From Candidatus Nomurabacteria bacterium (lineage in GTDB: Bacteria > Patescibacteriota > Minisyncoccia > Phycocordibacterales > UBA9973), in NCBI GenBank assembly GCA_026395995.1, contig JAPLXQ010000010.1, positions 69,296 through 133,295 of the forward strand: a DNA stretch of 64,000 nucleotides, written 5' to 3'. The notes beneath the pieces were generated by a model, which saw nothing but the letters and a program-made list of their open reading frames with translations, had not been told where the DNA came from and made no database searches. Of the stretch, positions 25,523-35,543 are shown in pieces; positions within the stretch are counted from its first letter, which is position 1, and each line of letters begins with the position of its first letter. The position numbers were made by a program, and so were the translations under genes.

Positions 25523-26190
25523 TGCGCTAAAGTAAAAGCTATTACTTTTTTAGCTCCAGCATTTTTTAGTATTTTTCTAGCTTCGTTTAAGGTTGCGCCG
25601 GTGGTCGTCACATCGTCTATTAATATTATATTTCTATTTTTTATTTTAGCTTCATTGATAATTCCAAAAGTCCCGATGAGATTTTGTAATCTTTTATTTC
25701 GATCACGAATGAGGGCTTGATGCTCAGTCTCTTTTGTTTTTATTAAAACATTATTTACTAATTCCCAATATACGCCATGGCGTATATTGTTTGATTGATT
25801 ATTTATTTTAATTAAATGTTTACAGACTAATTCGGCTTGGTTGAAACCCCGCTCATTTGTTCTCTTTTTAGAAAGGGGAATAGGGATCAGGATTGGCTCG
25901 CGGAAATTTTCGAAAATTGAGAGATCAGTAAGTTCTTCATTTATTTTTCCATATAAGCTTTCTGCGAAAATTTCCGCGAGCCTTTTTTTACCTTTATATT
26001 TTAGTAGACTAATAGCTTTTTTAATCGGTGGATGTCGATAATCATATAAAGCAAAAATCCATTTTACCGTTTCTCTTTCGGCTATGGGAAAACTAGAAAT
26101 ACAATCTAAACATAAAATTTCTCCAGATTTTTTACAAGAGAGGCAATTCACAGGAAATATTAAATTCAATATAGTATTTAAAATACTCAT
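25519..26190 (-). CDS. comF: ComF-family phosphoribosyltransferase-domain competence protein
   Basis: N-terminal Cys4 (CLSCKKSGEILCLDC) and the PRTase motif ILIDDVTTTGATL. Confidence 0.7.
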   Translation of the reverse strand: MSILNTILNLIFPVNCLSCKKSGEILCLDCISSFPIAERETVKWIFALYDYRHPPIKKAISLLKYKGKKRLAEIFAESLYGKINEELTDLSIFENFREPILIPIPLSKKRTNERGFNQAELVCKHLIKINNQSNNIRHGVYWELVNNVLIKTKETEHQALIRDRNKRLQNLIGTFGIINEAKIKNRNIILIDDVTTTGATLNEARKILKNAGAKKVIAFTLAH

Positions 26191-26220
26191 ATGTTATAAT
26201 ATATAGATATTTTATCATAT

Positions 26221-27351
26221 ATGGCGAACCCATTTCAAAAATTAATAGATGCAAGTAAAGGTATCTTCTCTAGTAGCTCATCAGAGAGTGCTGTAGGTAT
26301 TGATATAGGAACTTCTGCTATAAAAGTAGTTCAAATAAAAAAGAAAGCTGGACGTGCTGTTCTTGAGACTTATGGTGCTGTCTCTCTCGGTCCCTATGCT
26401 GGTATTGATATTGGACGAGTGACAAATTTAAATGAAGAAAAAATAATTGAAGCATTAAAAGAAGTTATTAAACAATCTGGTGTCACTACTATATCATCAG
26501 CCTTAGCTATTCCTTCTCAGTCTAGCTTGGTTTTTTCTTTTGAACTTCCGTCTCAGGTAAAAGAAAGTGATATGGCAAGTATAGTGCCAACAGAAGCACG
26601 TAAATATATTCCTGTACCAATGTCAGAAGTTACTCTTGATTGGTTTTTATTACCTAAAAAACAACCTAGTTTTGAAGAAGAAAATAATCCAAATATTCCT
26701 ATTGTACAAGAGCAAAATAATGAAGTTTTAGTTGTGGCTATACAAAATGAAGCAGTTTCCAAATATAGTACAATTATGAATCAGTCAGGTCTCGATGCTA
26801 GTTTTTTTGAATTAGAAATATTCTCTTCTATTCGTTCTAATTTTGAACACGAACTTTCTCCAGTTTTAATTCTTGATTTTGGTGCAAGTAAAACAAAGCT
26901 TTCAATTGTAGAATTTGGTTCTGTAAAAAGTTTTCATACAATCACTCGTGGTTCAGCTGATATTACAGAATCTATTTCTAAATCCTTAGATATTACTTTT
27001 GGCAAAGCAGAAGAAATGAAAAAAGAATTTGGTTTGTTTGGTAATGGAGCAGAAAAAAGTTTAACAGATATTATTAAAATTCATACAGACTATTTGTTTT
27101 CAGAAACAAATAGTGTTTTATTAAACTATGAAAAGAAGTATAATAAAGCTATTAGTAAAGTTATTTTAACAGGTGGCGGATCTCTCCTAAAAGGTTTTAA
27201 GGAAGTAGCAATTAGTAATTTTCCAACTCAAGTAGAAATGGGTAACCCGTTTTCAAAGGTTGATGCACCGGTTTTCTTGGAAAAAGTTTTAGAATCCACA
27301 GGTCCAGAGTTTGCAGTTGCTTTGGGTCTTGCTTTGAGGAAGTTACAATGA
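26221..27351 (+). CDS. pilM: type IV pilus assembly ATPase-fold protein PilM
   Basis: VGIDIGTSAIKVV actin-like fold. Confidence 0.7.
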   Translation: MANPFQKLIDASKGIFSSSSSESAVGIDIGTSAIKVVQIKKKAGRAVLETYGAVSLGPYAGIDIGRVTNLNEEKIIEALKEVIKQSGVTTISSALAIPSQSSLVFSFELPSQVKESDMASIVPTEARKYIPVPMSEVTLDWFLLPKKQPSFEEENNPNIPIVQEQNNEVLVVAIQNEAVSKYSTIMNQSGLDASFFELEIFSSIRSNFEHELSPVLILDFGASKTKLSIVEFGSVKSFHTITRGSADITESISKSLDITFGKAEEMKKEFGLFGNGAEKSLTDIIKIHTDYLFSETNSVLLNYEKKYNKAISKVILTGGGSLLKGFKEVAISNFPTQVEMGNPFSKVDAPVFLEKVLESTGPEFAVALGLALRKLQ

Positions 27352-27392
27352 GATAATGTATATACACCGAGTGTGATCTTTTTAAATCAACT

Positions 27393-28004
27393 ATGGAACA
27401 AAATTTTCAAACATCATTTATACCAAAAAAACCAATGGTAGAAGAACAAGTTGTACGTTCACGTCCGACTAGTTTTTTTACGATCCTTTCTATTTTTATT
27501 TTCTTCACTGTTGTATTGGCTTCAGGTGGTGTTTATTTCTATCAAATATCGTTGACTAATCAAGCTGATCAAATGGCCAAGGATTTGAGTATTGCTCAAA
27601 ATCGTTTTGAGCCGACTTTGATATCCAAATTACAACAATTAGACAAAAGATTGAATTCTGCAAATCAAATATTATCAAAGCACGTAGCAGTCTCTCCAGT
27701 TTTTGATTTGTTGCAAAAGGTTACACTGAAGACTATTCGTTATTCTAAATTTTCTTATACTTTAGGTGATACTGCTAGCTCAAAAATTAATATTACAATG
27801 ACAGGGCAGGCAATAGGTTATCGATCAATAGCTTTACAATCTGATGTTTTTACAAAATACAGTCAGGATATAATAGACCCAGTTTTTTCTAATCTTTCTT
27901 TGGATGCTAAAAATAATGTTGTCTTTAACTTAGATTTTTCTATTAATCCTTCTTTTGTAAATTATAAACAGTTGATTTCTCAAGGTAATCTTTCAACACA
28001 ATAA
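27393..28004 (+). CDS. pilN: PilN-like bitopic protein
   Basis: Single N-terminal TM helix. Position after pilM. Confidence 0.55.
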   Translation: MEQNFQTSFIPKKPMVEEQVVRSRPTSFFTILSIFIFFTVVLASGGVYFYQISLTNQADQMAKDLSIAQNRFEPTLISKLQQLDKRLNSANQILSKHVAVSPVFDLLQKVTLKTIRYSKFSYTLGDTASSKINITMTGQAIGYRSIALQSDVFTKYSQDIIDPVFSNLSLDAKNNVVFNLDFSINPSFVNYKQLISQGNLSTQ

Positions 28005-28005
28005 T

Positions 28006-28605
28006 ATGAGATTTTTAATTCCAATCATTTTAATACTAATATCAGTTGCAGGGTTTTTCATGTTTTTAAATCCAAACTATGCTCAAATAAAACTTTTAAC
28101 AAATAAAATTACTTCTTACAATACAGCCCTAACTAATTCTAAATCTTTAGAAAACGAAAGAGATAAACTTGCAACAAAATATAACTCAATAGACACAGAA
28201 AATTTAAAGAAACTATCTGTTATGTTGCCGGACAATGTAGATAATATTAGACTTATTTTGGAGATTGAAAAAATAGCAGCACCATACGGTATGGTCTTAA
28301 AAGATGTAAAATATAGTGCTGTAGTAGAACCAGTAGTTACTACTAAGGTAAAGCTAGCAAAAACAGCTGTCGTCAAAAAAGATTATGGAGATTGGGATCT
28401 AGAATTTTCTACTTCTGGTACTTATACTAATTTCATTAAACTCTTAAAAGACCTAGAACACAATCTTCGTATTGTCGACATTGCGTCTATAGATTTTTCT
28501 TCTGACGTTTCTACTGCTCCAAATACTGGAGCCTCTCTTTCTACTTCTTCACCTGATACCTATAAATTTAATTTTAAAATTAAAACTTATTGGCTTAAAA
28601 ATTAA
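28006..28605 (+). CDS. pilO: PilO-like bitopic protein
   Basis: N-terminal TM helix and a coiled-coil region. Gene order. Confidence 0.5.
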   Translation: MRFLIPIILILISVAGFFMFLNPNYAQIKLLTNKITSYNTALTNSKSLENERDKLATKYNSIDTENLKKLSVMLPDNVDNIRLILEIEKIAAPYGMVLKDVKYSAVVEPVVTTKVKLAKTAVVKKDYGDWDLEFSTSGTYTNFIKLLKDLEHNLRIVDIASIDFSSDVSTAPNTGASLSTSSPDTYKFNFKIKTYWLKN

Positions 28606-28607
28606 AT

Positions 28608-29090
28608 ATGAACCCACAAATAAAAAAAATAATATTGTTCGTAGGTATAGCATTAGTAGTTATTTTAGTTGCAATTTTTTTCTTTAAAAAATCACCGACT
28701 ACTACAGTAAGTTTAACTTCTTCTGCTAAAAATTCTGCACCAGTGACGACTAGTGGAACAGTAGCTAAGGCTTCTCCTGTTGTCGGACAACAATTTTTAA
28801 CCACATTACTCAATATAAATAATATTAAATTAGATGATAGTATTTTTTCTGATCCTAGTTTTGCTACATTAACTAATTCAAGTATTGAACTAGTTTCTGA
28901 GGGAAATGAAGGAAGACTATGCCCATTTCTTCCAATTGGAACCGAATGTTCACCTATACTTTCTAACACAAATCCTCTTACTGGAGCTGTTTTGCCACCT
29001 ACTCCCGACAGTAGTATTATCCCTCCAGGAAATACTGTGCAAAATCCTCCAGTTAATCCACCTGCTCCATTAACAGGTGGAACAAATTAA
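28608..29090 (+). CDS. PilP-like membrane-anchored Pro/Thr-rich protein
   Basis: TM helix followed by low-complexity PPxNPP repeats. Gene order. Confidence 0.4.
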   Translation: MNPQIKKIILFVGIALVVILVAIFFFKKSPTTTVSLTSSAKNSAPVTTSGTVAKASPVVGQQFLTTLLNINNIKLDDSIFSDPSFATLTNSSIELVSEGNEGRLCPFLPIGTECSPILSNTNPLTGAVLPPTPDSSIIPPGNTVQNPPVNPPAPLTGGTN

Positions 29091-29092
29091 AT

Positions 29093-30841
29093 ATGAGCTT
29101 TTTAGAAGAACTTGCAAAACAAGGCTTGATAAACGAGAGCCAAATAGGGGAAATCAAAGGAAAAGCAGAAGAGAAATATGCTGGTGATATTGATGATGCT
29201 CTTTTAGAATTTGGTATTAATAAAGATAAGGCTCTAGAAATAAAGGGGCAGTATTTTTCTATGCCAATAAAAAAAATTTTAACAAAAACTCTTTCTTTTG
29301 AAGCCTTAAAATATATTCCGGAAGATTCAGCGACACATTATCATTTTGCCCCAATTGGTTTCAAAGAGGGTGTACTAGAAGTAGGTATTACTGATCCAGA
29401 AAATATTCAAGCGATGGATGCTTTGCAATTTATTTCTGCCAAATTAAACACTCCTTTTAAAATTTTTCTTATTTCCAAGAGTGACTATATGGATATCATG
29501 GAAAATTATAAAGGTATATCTGGCGAAGTAAATCCAGAGCTTAATGAAATAAATAAAGAAGAGACTGCTGATTTAAAAGATTTGAGTGAGGCCTCTCTTA
29601 GTAAGGATATAAAAGAAATAAAAATTGGTGAAGAAGCTAAAATAGTAGAATCAGCTCCGGTAATAAAAATCGTAGCTGTTATTTTGCGTAATGCTATTGA
29701 AGGAAATGCTTCAGATATACACATAGAATATACTGGTGAAAAAGTAAAAGTCCGATATCGTGTGGACGGAATACTTCATACTACAATTGTCTTACCATCA
29801 AATGTTTACAATGGTATTGTTTCCCGTATTAAAATATTAGCTAAGATGCGTTTAGATGAAAAAAGAAAACCACAAGATGGGTCTTTTTCTACAAATATTG
29901 ATGGACGAAAAATTGATTTTCGTGTTTCCACAATGCCAGCTTATTATGGAGAAAAAGTCGTGATGCGTATACTGGATTCTGAAAAGGGGGTAAAGCCACT
30001 AGATACTCTAGGTCTTTCAAAAAGAAATTTGGAAATGGTCAGAGAAGCTTTGACTCGTCCATATGGACTGATTCTTATCACTGGTCCGACTGGTTCCGGA
30101 AAATCTACTACTCTTTATTCTATGATCAATGAGTTAGACAAAGACAGAAGCAATATTGTGTCCCTTGAAGATCCAGTAGAATATCATATTCCAGATGTAA
30201 ACCAAAGTCAGATGATGCCAGAAATTGGTTATGATTTTGCTTCCGGACTCCGATCTATTTTACGTCAGGATCCAGATATTATTATGGTGGGAGAAATTCG
30301 TGACAAAGAAACAGCTCAGCTCGCTATTCAAGCAGCTTTGACGGGTCACCTTGTTCTTTCAACATTACACACTAATAATGCTATTGGTGCTGTGCCTAGA
30401 CTTGTCGATATGGGTATTGATCCATATCTAATAGCTCCAACATTGATATTGTCTATTGGTGAGAGACTTTCTCGTCTTACTTGTCCTTCTTCTAAAAAAT
30501 TATCTCAAATGGATCCTAGTGTTCGAGCTCAGCTTGAAAAATCATTAATTGATTTACCAGAAGAATATAAAAAAGAGATTACAATAGGTGAACAAATGTA
30601 TGAAACAGTTCCTTCGCCTGAGTGTCCTTCTGGAACTCGTGGACGTATTGCTGTCTTTGAAATGTTTAAGGTTGATAAGGGTATGCAAGAGGTTATTTTG
30701 AAAAACCCCGTCGGTTCTGAAATTTATAAACAAGCTAGGTCTAAGGGCATGCTAACAATGAAAGAAGATGCTATGATTAAAGCAATCGAAGGTACAATAC
30801 CTTTTCAAGAAGTTTACAATTTTACCACTGATATAGATTAA
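29093..30841 (+). CDS. pilB: type IV pilus assembly ATPase PilB (GspE family)
   Basis: Walker A GPTGSGKSTTLY, Asp box, His box and Cys4 zinc motif (CPSS...CPSGTRGR). Confidence 0.85.
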   Translation: MSFLEELAKQGLINESQIGEIKGKAEEKYAGDIDDALLEFGINKDKALEIKGQYFSMPIKKILTKTLSFEALKYIPEDSATHYHFAPIGFKEGVLEVGITDPENIQAMDALQFISAKLNTPFKIFLISKSDYMDIMENYKGISGEVNPELNEINKEETADLKDLSEASLSKDIKEIKIGEEAKIVESAPVIKIVAVILRNAIEGNASDIHIEYTGEKVKVRYRVDGILHTTIVLPSNVYNGIVSRIKILAKMRLDEKRKPQDGSFSTNIDGRKIDFRVSTMPAYYGEKVVMRILDSEKGVKPLDTLGLSKRNLEMVREALTRPYGLILITGPTGSGKSTTLYSMINELDKDRSNIVSLEDPVEYHIPDVNQSQMMPEIGYDFASGLRSILRQDPDIIMVGEIRDKETAQLAIQAALTGHLVLSTLHTNNAIGAVPRLVDMGIDPYLIAPTLILSIGERLSRLTCPSSKKLSQMDPSVRAQLEKSLIDLPEEYKKEITIGEQMYETVPSPECPSGTRGRIAVFEMFKVDKGMQEVILKNPVGSEIYKQARSKGMLTMKEDAMIKAIEGTIPFQEVYNFTTDID

Positions 30842-30876
30842 AAGTCGTAATTATAATATAATAAAGATATAAAAAT

Positions 30877-31278
30877 ATGGAAGGAGACAAGAAAAAAATT
30901 TTAATAGTAGATGATGATACATTCCTTATTGATATGTATGCTTTGAAATTTAGCCAAGGTCCTTTTGAAGTCTATACTGCTCAAAGTGCCATGGAAGCTT
31001 TAGAAAAAATAAAAAATGGATTAACTCCAAATATTATTTTGTTAGATATTATGATGCCAGAAATGGATGGTTTTGAAATGTTAGAAAAAATGATTAATGA
31101 AAAATTGGCATTAGATTCTTTAAAAATAATTCTCTCAAACAAAGGACAACAGTCAGATATTGACCGTGGTTTACAATTGGGTGCTTCTGGTTATATTGTC
31201 AAAGCTAGTAGTACACCAGCAGAAGTGATAGATAAAGTTATGGAAATTTTAAATAAAAAATTAGCAGCAGCTAAATAA
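30877..31278 (+). CDS. receiver-only response regulator (PilH/CheY-like) embedded in the pilus cluster
   Basis: KILIVDDD ... ILLDIMMPEMDGFE. Confidence 0.65.
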   Translation: MEGDKKKILIVDDDTFLIDMYALKFSQGPFEVYTAQSAMEALEKIKNGLTPNIILLDIMMPEMDGFEMLEKMINEKLALDSLKIILSNKGQQSDIDRGLQLGASGYIVKASSTPAEVIDKVMEILNKKLAAAK

Positions 31279-31283
31279 TATCT

Positions 31284-32345
31284 ATGGATTATCAAAAAAC
31301 ACTTGAAGAATTAATATTGACAGTAATGCGAGAAGGGGGTTCAGACCTTCATCTTGGTGCTTTGCGTGTACCTGCTGTTCGTGTTTCAGGTGAACTTATT
31401 TTTTTAGTCAAAATGCCTGTCTTATCAAAAGAGGATATGTCGGCTATTTTAAATATTTTGATTGGTCAAAAAAAGTTTGATGATTTTCTTCTTAAACAAG
31501 AAATTGATTTTTCTTATGATTTTAATAACGGGCAAGCTAGACTTCGTGGTAATGCTTTTTTTCAAAAAGGTCTTATTAGTATTGCACTTCGTTTGATACC
31601 AAAAGTTCTTCCTCTCGAGGAATTAAATTTATCTCCAATGATTGCTGAGATTGCTAGAAAAAAACAAGGATTTTTTCTTTGTGTTGGCCCTGTCGGACAA
31701 GGTAAATCTACTACTCTTTCAGCGATGATTAATCTTATAAATAATGAACAAGCTCGCCATATTGTAACCATTGAAGATCCTATTGAGCATATTTATGTTC
31801 CAAATAAATCTATTATTGATCAACGCGAAGTAGGTATTGATACCGAAGATTTTCATATTGCTTTAAAATCTGCTTTTCGTGAAGATGTAAATGTTATCAT
31901 GATCGGTGAAATGCGTAATACTGAAACTATTGGGACAGCTGTCACTGCTGCTGAGACAGGACACTTGGTGCTTTCTACTCTTCATACAAATAATGCCTCT
32001 CAAACTATCGACCGTATTATTGATTCCTTCCCTGGAAGTCAGCAAGATCAAATTCGAATCCAGCTCGCTTCATCTTTGCTTGGTATATTTTCTCAAAGAC
32101 TTGTACCAAAAATAACTGGTGGATTGATACCTGCCTATGAACTACTTTTAAATAATAATGCTGTCTCGAATCTGATTCGAGAAAAGAGAACTCATGAAAT
32201 AGATGTCGTCATTGAAACAGGAACTGAAAATGGAATGATAGACCTCAATCGCTCTTTACTAGAATTGGTTCGAAAAGGTGAAATTTCAATGGAAACTGCT
32301 TATCAATATTCTTTAAATCCAAAAGGTTTAGAGAGAATGGTCTAA
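31284..32345 (+). CDS. pilT: twitching-motility / retraction ATPase PilT
   Basis: Walker A GPVGQGKSTT, AIRNLIRE-like motif AVSNLIREKR. Confidence 0.8.
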   Translation: MDYQKTLEELILTVMREGGSDLHLGALRVPAVRVSGELIFLVKMPVLSKEDMSAILNILIGQKKFDDFLLKQEIDFSYDFNNGQARLRGNAFFQKGLISIALRLIPKVLPLEELNLSPMIAEIARKKQGFFLCVGPVGQGKSTTLSAMINLINNEQARHIVTIEDPIEHIYVPNKSIIDQREVGIDTEDFHIALKSAFREDVNVIMIGEMRNTETIGTAVTAAETGHLVLSTLHTNNASQTIDRIIDSFPGSQQDQIRIQLASSLLGIFSQRLVPKITGGLIPAYELLLNNNAVSNLIREKRTHEIDVVIETGTENGMIDLNRSLLELVRKGEISMETAYQYSLNPKGLERMV

Positions 32346-32352
32346 TAAAAAT

Positions 32353-33558
32353 ATGCTTTTTAAATATAAGGTTGTTGATGACAAAGGAATAAATCGAGAG
32401 GGAAGTATTGATGCACCTAATAAGGATTTTGCTATTTCCGGTCTTCAACATCGTGGTTTCATTGTCGTTTCTATTTTTGAAGAAGATGAAGTTAAAAATA
32501 TTTTTAACTTTTCTTTTTTGATGCGTATACCAGTGAAGGATGTAGTGATACTTTCTCGTCAGATCTCTACTCTTTTCGGTGCTCAGGTTTCTGCTTTGAA
32601 AGCTTTTTCTTTACTTGCTAGTAATACTGAAAACAAACTCTTAGCTAAAAAATTAACCCAAGTAGCAGATGACTTGCAATCCGGTGTATCTATTTCTGGA
32701 GCATTAGCTAAGCATCCAGATGTTTTTTCTGAGTTTTATGTGAACATGGTCAAGGCTGGTGAAGAAACAGGAAAATTAAATGAAACATTTTTATACTTGG
32801 CTGACTACTTAGATAGACAGTATGAACTCACTTCTAAAACAAAGAATGCTTTGATTTATCCGATTTTTGTTATTATTACATTTTTTGTAGTTATGGGTCT
32901 TATGTTTGTCGTCGTTATTCCGAAGCTTTCAGCTATTATACAAGACACAGCACAAACAATTCCTTTTTATACAAAAGTCGTTATTGCTATTTCCGATTTC
33001 TTTGTAAATTATGGTTTTATTTTCTTAATTTTTATTGTGCTTATGGGTATTTGGGTTTGGAGACTTTCTAGTACTGAGGCAGGTAAGACTTATTTGGATA
33101 GATTAAAATTGAACACTCCAGGTATTGGTAATTTGTATAAAAAATTGTATCTTTCTCGTATTGCTGACAATATGGACACTATGCTTTCTTCTGGGATTCC
33201 TATTGTTCGAGCGATAGATATCACTGCTGAAGTCGTGGATAGTAAAGTCTATAAAATAATCTTAAAAGATGCTGCTGAAGGCGTGAAGTCTGGACTTTCT
33301 TTTTCTATGGCCTTAGAACGTCATCCAGAATTACCTAGTATTTTGGTGCAGATGGTAAAAGTCGGAGAAGAGACAGGGGGGCTCGGTTCTATTTTAAAAA
33401 CATTAGCAACTTTTTATAAAAGAGAAGTGGATGATGCTATTGATACTCTCGTCGGACTCATTGAGCCGGTGATGATTGTCGTCCTTGGTCTTGGTGTCGG
33501 AATTTTACTTGTGTCTGTTCTCGTACCTATCTACAACGTCGCTGGAAGTATTAAATAA
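32353..33558 (+). CDS. pilC: type IV pilus platform protein PilC (GspF family)
   Basis: Two GspF repeats and three TM segments. Confidence 0.8.
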   Translation: MLFKYKVVDDKGINREGSIDAPNKDFAISGLQHRGFIVVSIFEEDEVKNIFNFSFLMRIPVKDVVILSRQISTLFGAQVSALKAFSLLASNTENKLLAKKLTQVADDLQSGVSISGALAKHPDVFSEFYVNMVKAGEETGKLNETFLYLADYLDRQYELTSKTKNALIYPIFVIITFFVVMGLMFVVVIPKLSAIIQDTAQTIPFYTKVVIAISDFFVNYGFIFLIFIVLMGIWVWRLSSTEAGKTYLDRLKLNTPGIGNLYKKLYLSRIADNMDTMLSSGIPIVRAIDITAEVVDSKVYKIILKDAAEGVKSGLSFSMALERHPELPSILVQMVKVGEETGGLGSILKTLATFYKREVDDAIDTLVGLIEPVMIVVLGLGVGILLVSVLVPIYNVAGSIK

Positions 33559-33566
33559 AACAACCT

Positions 33567-33600
33567 CACCCTAACCCTCTCCTGGAAAGGAGAGGATGGA
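33567..33600. repeat. intergenic copy (reverse orientation) of the GC-rich palindromic element: CCTCACCCTAACCCTCTCCtggaaaGGAGAGG
   Basis: Matches the recG and ligA elements (CCTCACCCcgACCCTCTCC reverse-complemented). Confidence 0.55.
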
Positions 33601-33717
33601 GAATGGGGTACGTTTTCCACAGGTAGTATTGTTATAATTTAAACCATGTTATAATTAACCTATTAAAAATAAGTCGAAATTATTTTATTAATTATTAGTT
33701 TAAGTTTAAAAAAATTT

Positions 33718-34169
33718 ATGAAGAAAATGAATCTTAAAAAAGGTTTCACATTAATCGAATTGTTGGTTGTTATTGCAATCATCGGTATCTTGGCCTCAGT
33801 CGTATTGGCATCACTTAACTCTGCACGTACAAAAGGAAAGGATGCATCTGCAAAGACACAAGTGTTCGTTCACAAGCTGAAATATTTTACAATACTGTAG
33901 GCACAACACCTGCTAACTCTTATGGTGCTGCTGACGTTGCTGGTGCTAACCAAGCTGGTAGTGTCTGTCAAGATGGTACTGTAGCTGGTTTACTTACAGC
34001 TGCTGGTACTCAAACAGGAACTACAGCAAGTTGTCACGTTGCTGCTGATCATGGATCATACGCAACTGAAATAGTACTAGCAGACGCTAGTAGATTCTGT
34101 GTTGATAGTACAGGTTTTGCTGGTGCATCATCAGTTGCTCTTGGTTCAGGAACAGTTTGTACTCGTTAA
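33718..34169 (+). pseudogene. type IV pilin gene 1; +1 frameshift at about 33865..33875 between the N-terminal module and the C-terminal domain
   Basis: Prepilin leader plus [23 protein letters not shown]. After DASAKTQV the pilin-like C-terminus ([13 protein letters not shown] ... FCVDSTGFAG) continues in another frame to the stop at 34167. Confidence 0.6.
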
Positions 34170-34207
34170 TAGTACTTTTATAGTATAAAAATACTATAAT
34201 ATTTTTT

Positions 34208-34254
34208 CAAAAACCACCTTCGGGTGGTTTTTGTTTTGTGTAACATGCTATAAT
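34208..34254 (+). promoter_or_regulatory. repeated terminator-promoter unit (AAAAACCACCttcgGGTGGTTTTTGTTTT ... TGCTATAAT); further copies at 34834..34878 and 35463..35510
   Basis: Three near-identical units, each between consecutive pilin genes. Hairpin plus T-run followed by an extended -10. Confidence 0.6.
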
Positions 34255-34292
34255 AGTACTATTATTAAAGTAATTAAAAATTAACATTTTAT

Positions 34293-34809
34293 ATGAAGAA
34301 AATGAATCTTAAAAAAGGTTTCACATTAATCGAATTGTTGGTTGTTATTGCAATCATCGGTATCTTGGCCTCAGTCGTATTGGCATCACTTAACTCTGCA
34401 CGTACAAAAGGAAAGGATGCATCTGCAAAGACCCACTCCACCTAATTCTTACGGAGTACCACCTACTAGTGTTTGTGAAGATTTACAAGTTCAGAAGTTG
34501 TTTACAGCCGCACATCTTCAAACACAAAGCAATGCTAGTTGTTTTGTTTCTGCTGATAGTAATTCTTATTCTGCTAGTGTAACCCTCAATGATCATACAG
34601 ATTTTTGTGTGGATAGTTCTGGTTTTGCGGGAGTAGGAACAGCTGTTCCTGTTGATGCAGATGGTAATGCTAGTTGTGGCGCTGCTGGTACTGGTGGAAA
34701 TAATAATCCTTTACCTCCTTGTGATCTTGAATCTGCACCTGGTAGTGGTTTGTTCAATTTGTTAGCTGGTGGTGCACCTGGTGGTGGTGATTGTACAATT
34801 AATCCTTAA
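34293..34809 (+). pseudogene. type IV pilin gene 2; first 140 bp identical to pilin 1, joined out of frame to a divergent pilin C-terminal domain
   Basis: 34293..34432 is identical to 33718..33857. The N-terminal frame stops at 34443, while the C-terminal ORF (PTPPNSYG ... FCVDSSGFAG ...) is in the -1 frame. Confidence 0.55.
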
Positions 34810-34914
34810 AAGATTTTTACATAATCACAAAACAAAAACCACCTTCGGGTGGTTTTTGTTTTGTGTACTTGATATAATGGTTCTATTATTAAAGTAATTT
34901 AGAAAAGATATTTT

Positions 34915-35445
34915 ATGAAGAAATTAAGTTTCAAGAAAGGTTTTACATTGATAGAACTGTTGGTTGTTATTGCTATTATCGGAGTACTCGCTAGTGTTAT
35001 TTTAGCTTCAATCAATACTGCTCGTACAAAGGGAACAGATGCTGCTATTAAATCACAATTAGCAAATGCTCGTGTTCAGGCAGAGCTTACTTATGATGCA
35101 AACGGTTGTTATGGTGCTACTTGTTCTGCTTCAGCTCCAGCGATTCTTGCTCCAGGGGCATGTTCTGTCGGTATTGCACTTGCTAATAGTATTTTTAATA
35201 CATCTGTGGATTCAAAATTTTCAGCACAGATTAGTGGTGCTATTGCCAATGATATAGGAGGATATAATGCTTGTTCTGCAGCTGTCGGAGGTACTACTTG
35301 GGCTGCTTCAGTCGGTCTTCGTACAAATCCTACGATACAAGCATGGTGTGTAGATAGTAGTGGTACATCAAAACTTGAGACAATTGCTGCCAATTCACAG
35401 GCTGCTTTAAATGGAACAGTTACTGCAGCAGGTCTTTGTTTATAA
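34915..35445 (+). CDS. type IV pilin (intact)
   Basis: [32 protein letters not shown]-methylation/cleavage motif. C-terminal Cys pair. Confidence 0.75.
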   Translation: MKKLSFKKGFTLIELLVVIAIIGVLASVILASINTARTKGTDAAIKSQLANARVQAELTYDANGCYGATCSASAPAILAPGACSVGIALANSIFNTSVDSKFSAQISGAIANDIGGYNACSAAVGGTTWAASVGLRTNPTIQAWCVDSSGTSKLETIAANSQAALNGTVTAAGLCL

Positions 35446-35543
35446 TTACTTTTAATCTCTCAAAAACCACCTAAATAGGTGGTTTTTGTTTTGTGTAGAT
35501 ATGCTATAATTATAATGTTTATTAATATAATTTTTAAAATTAA

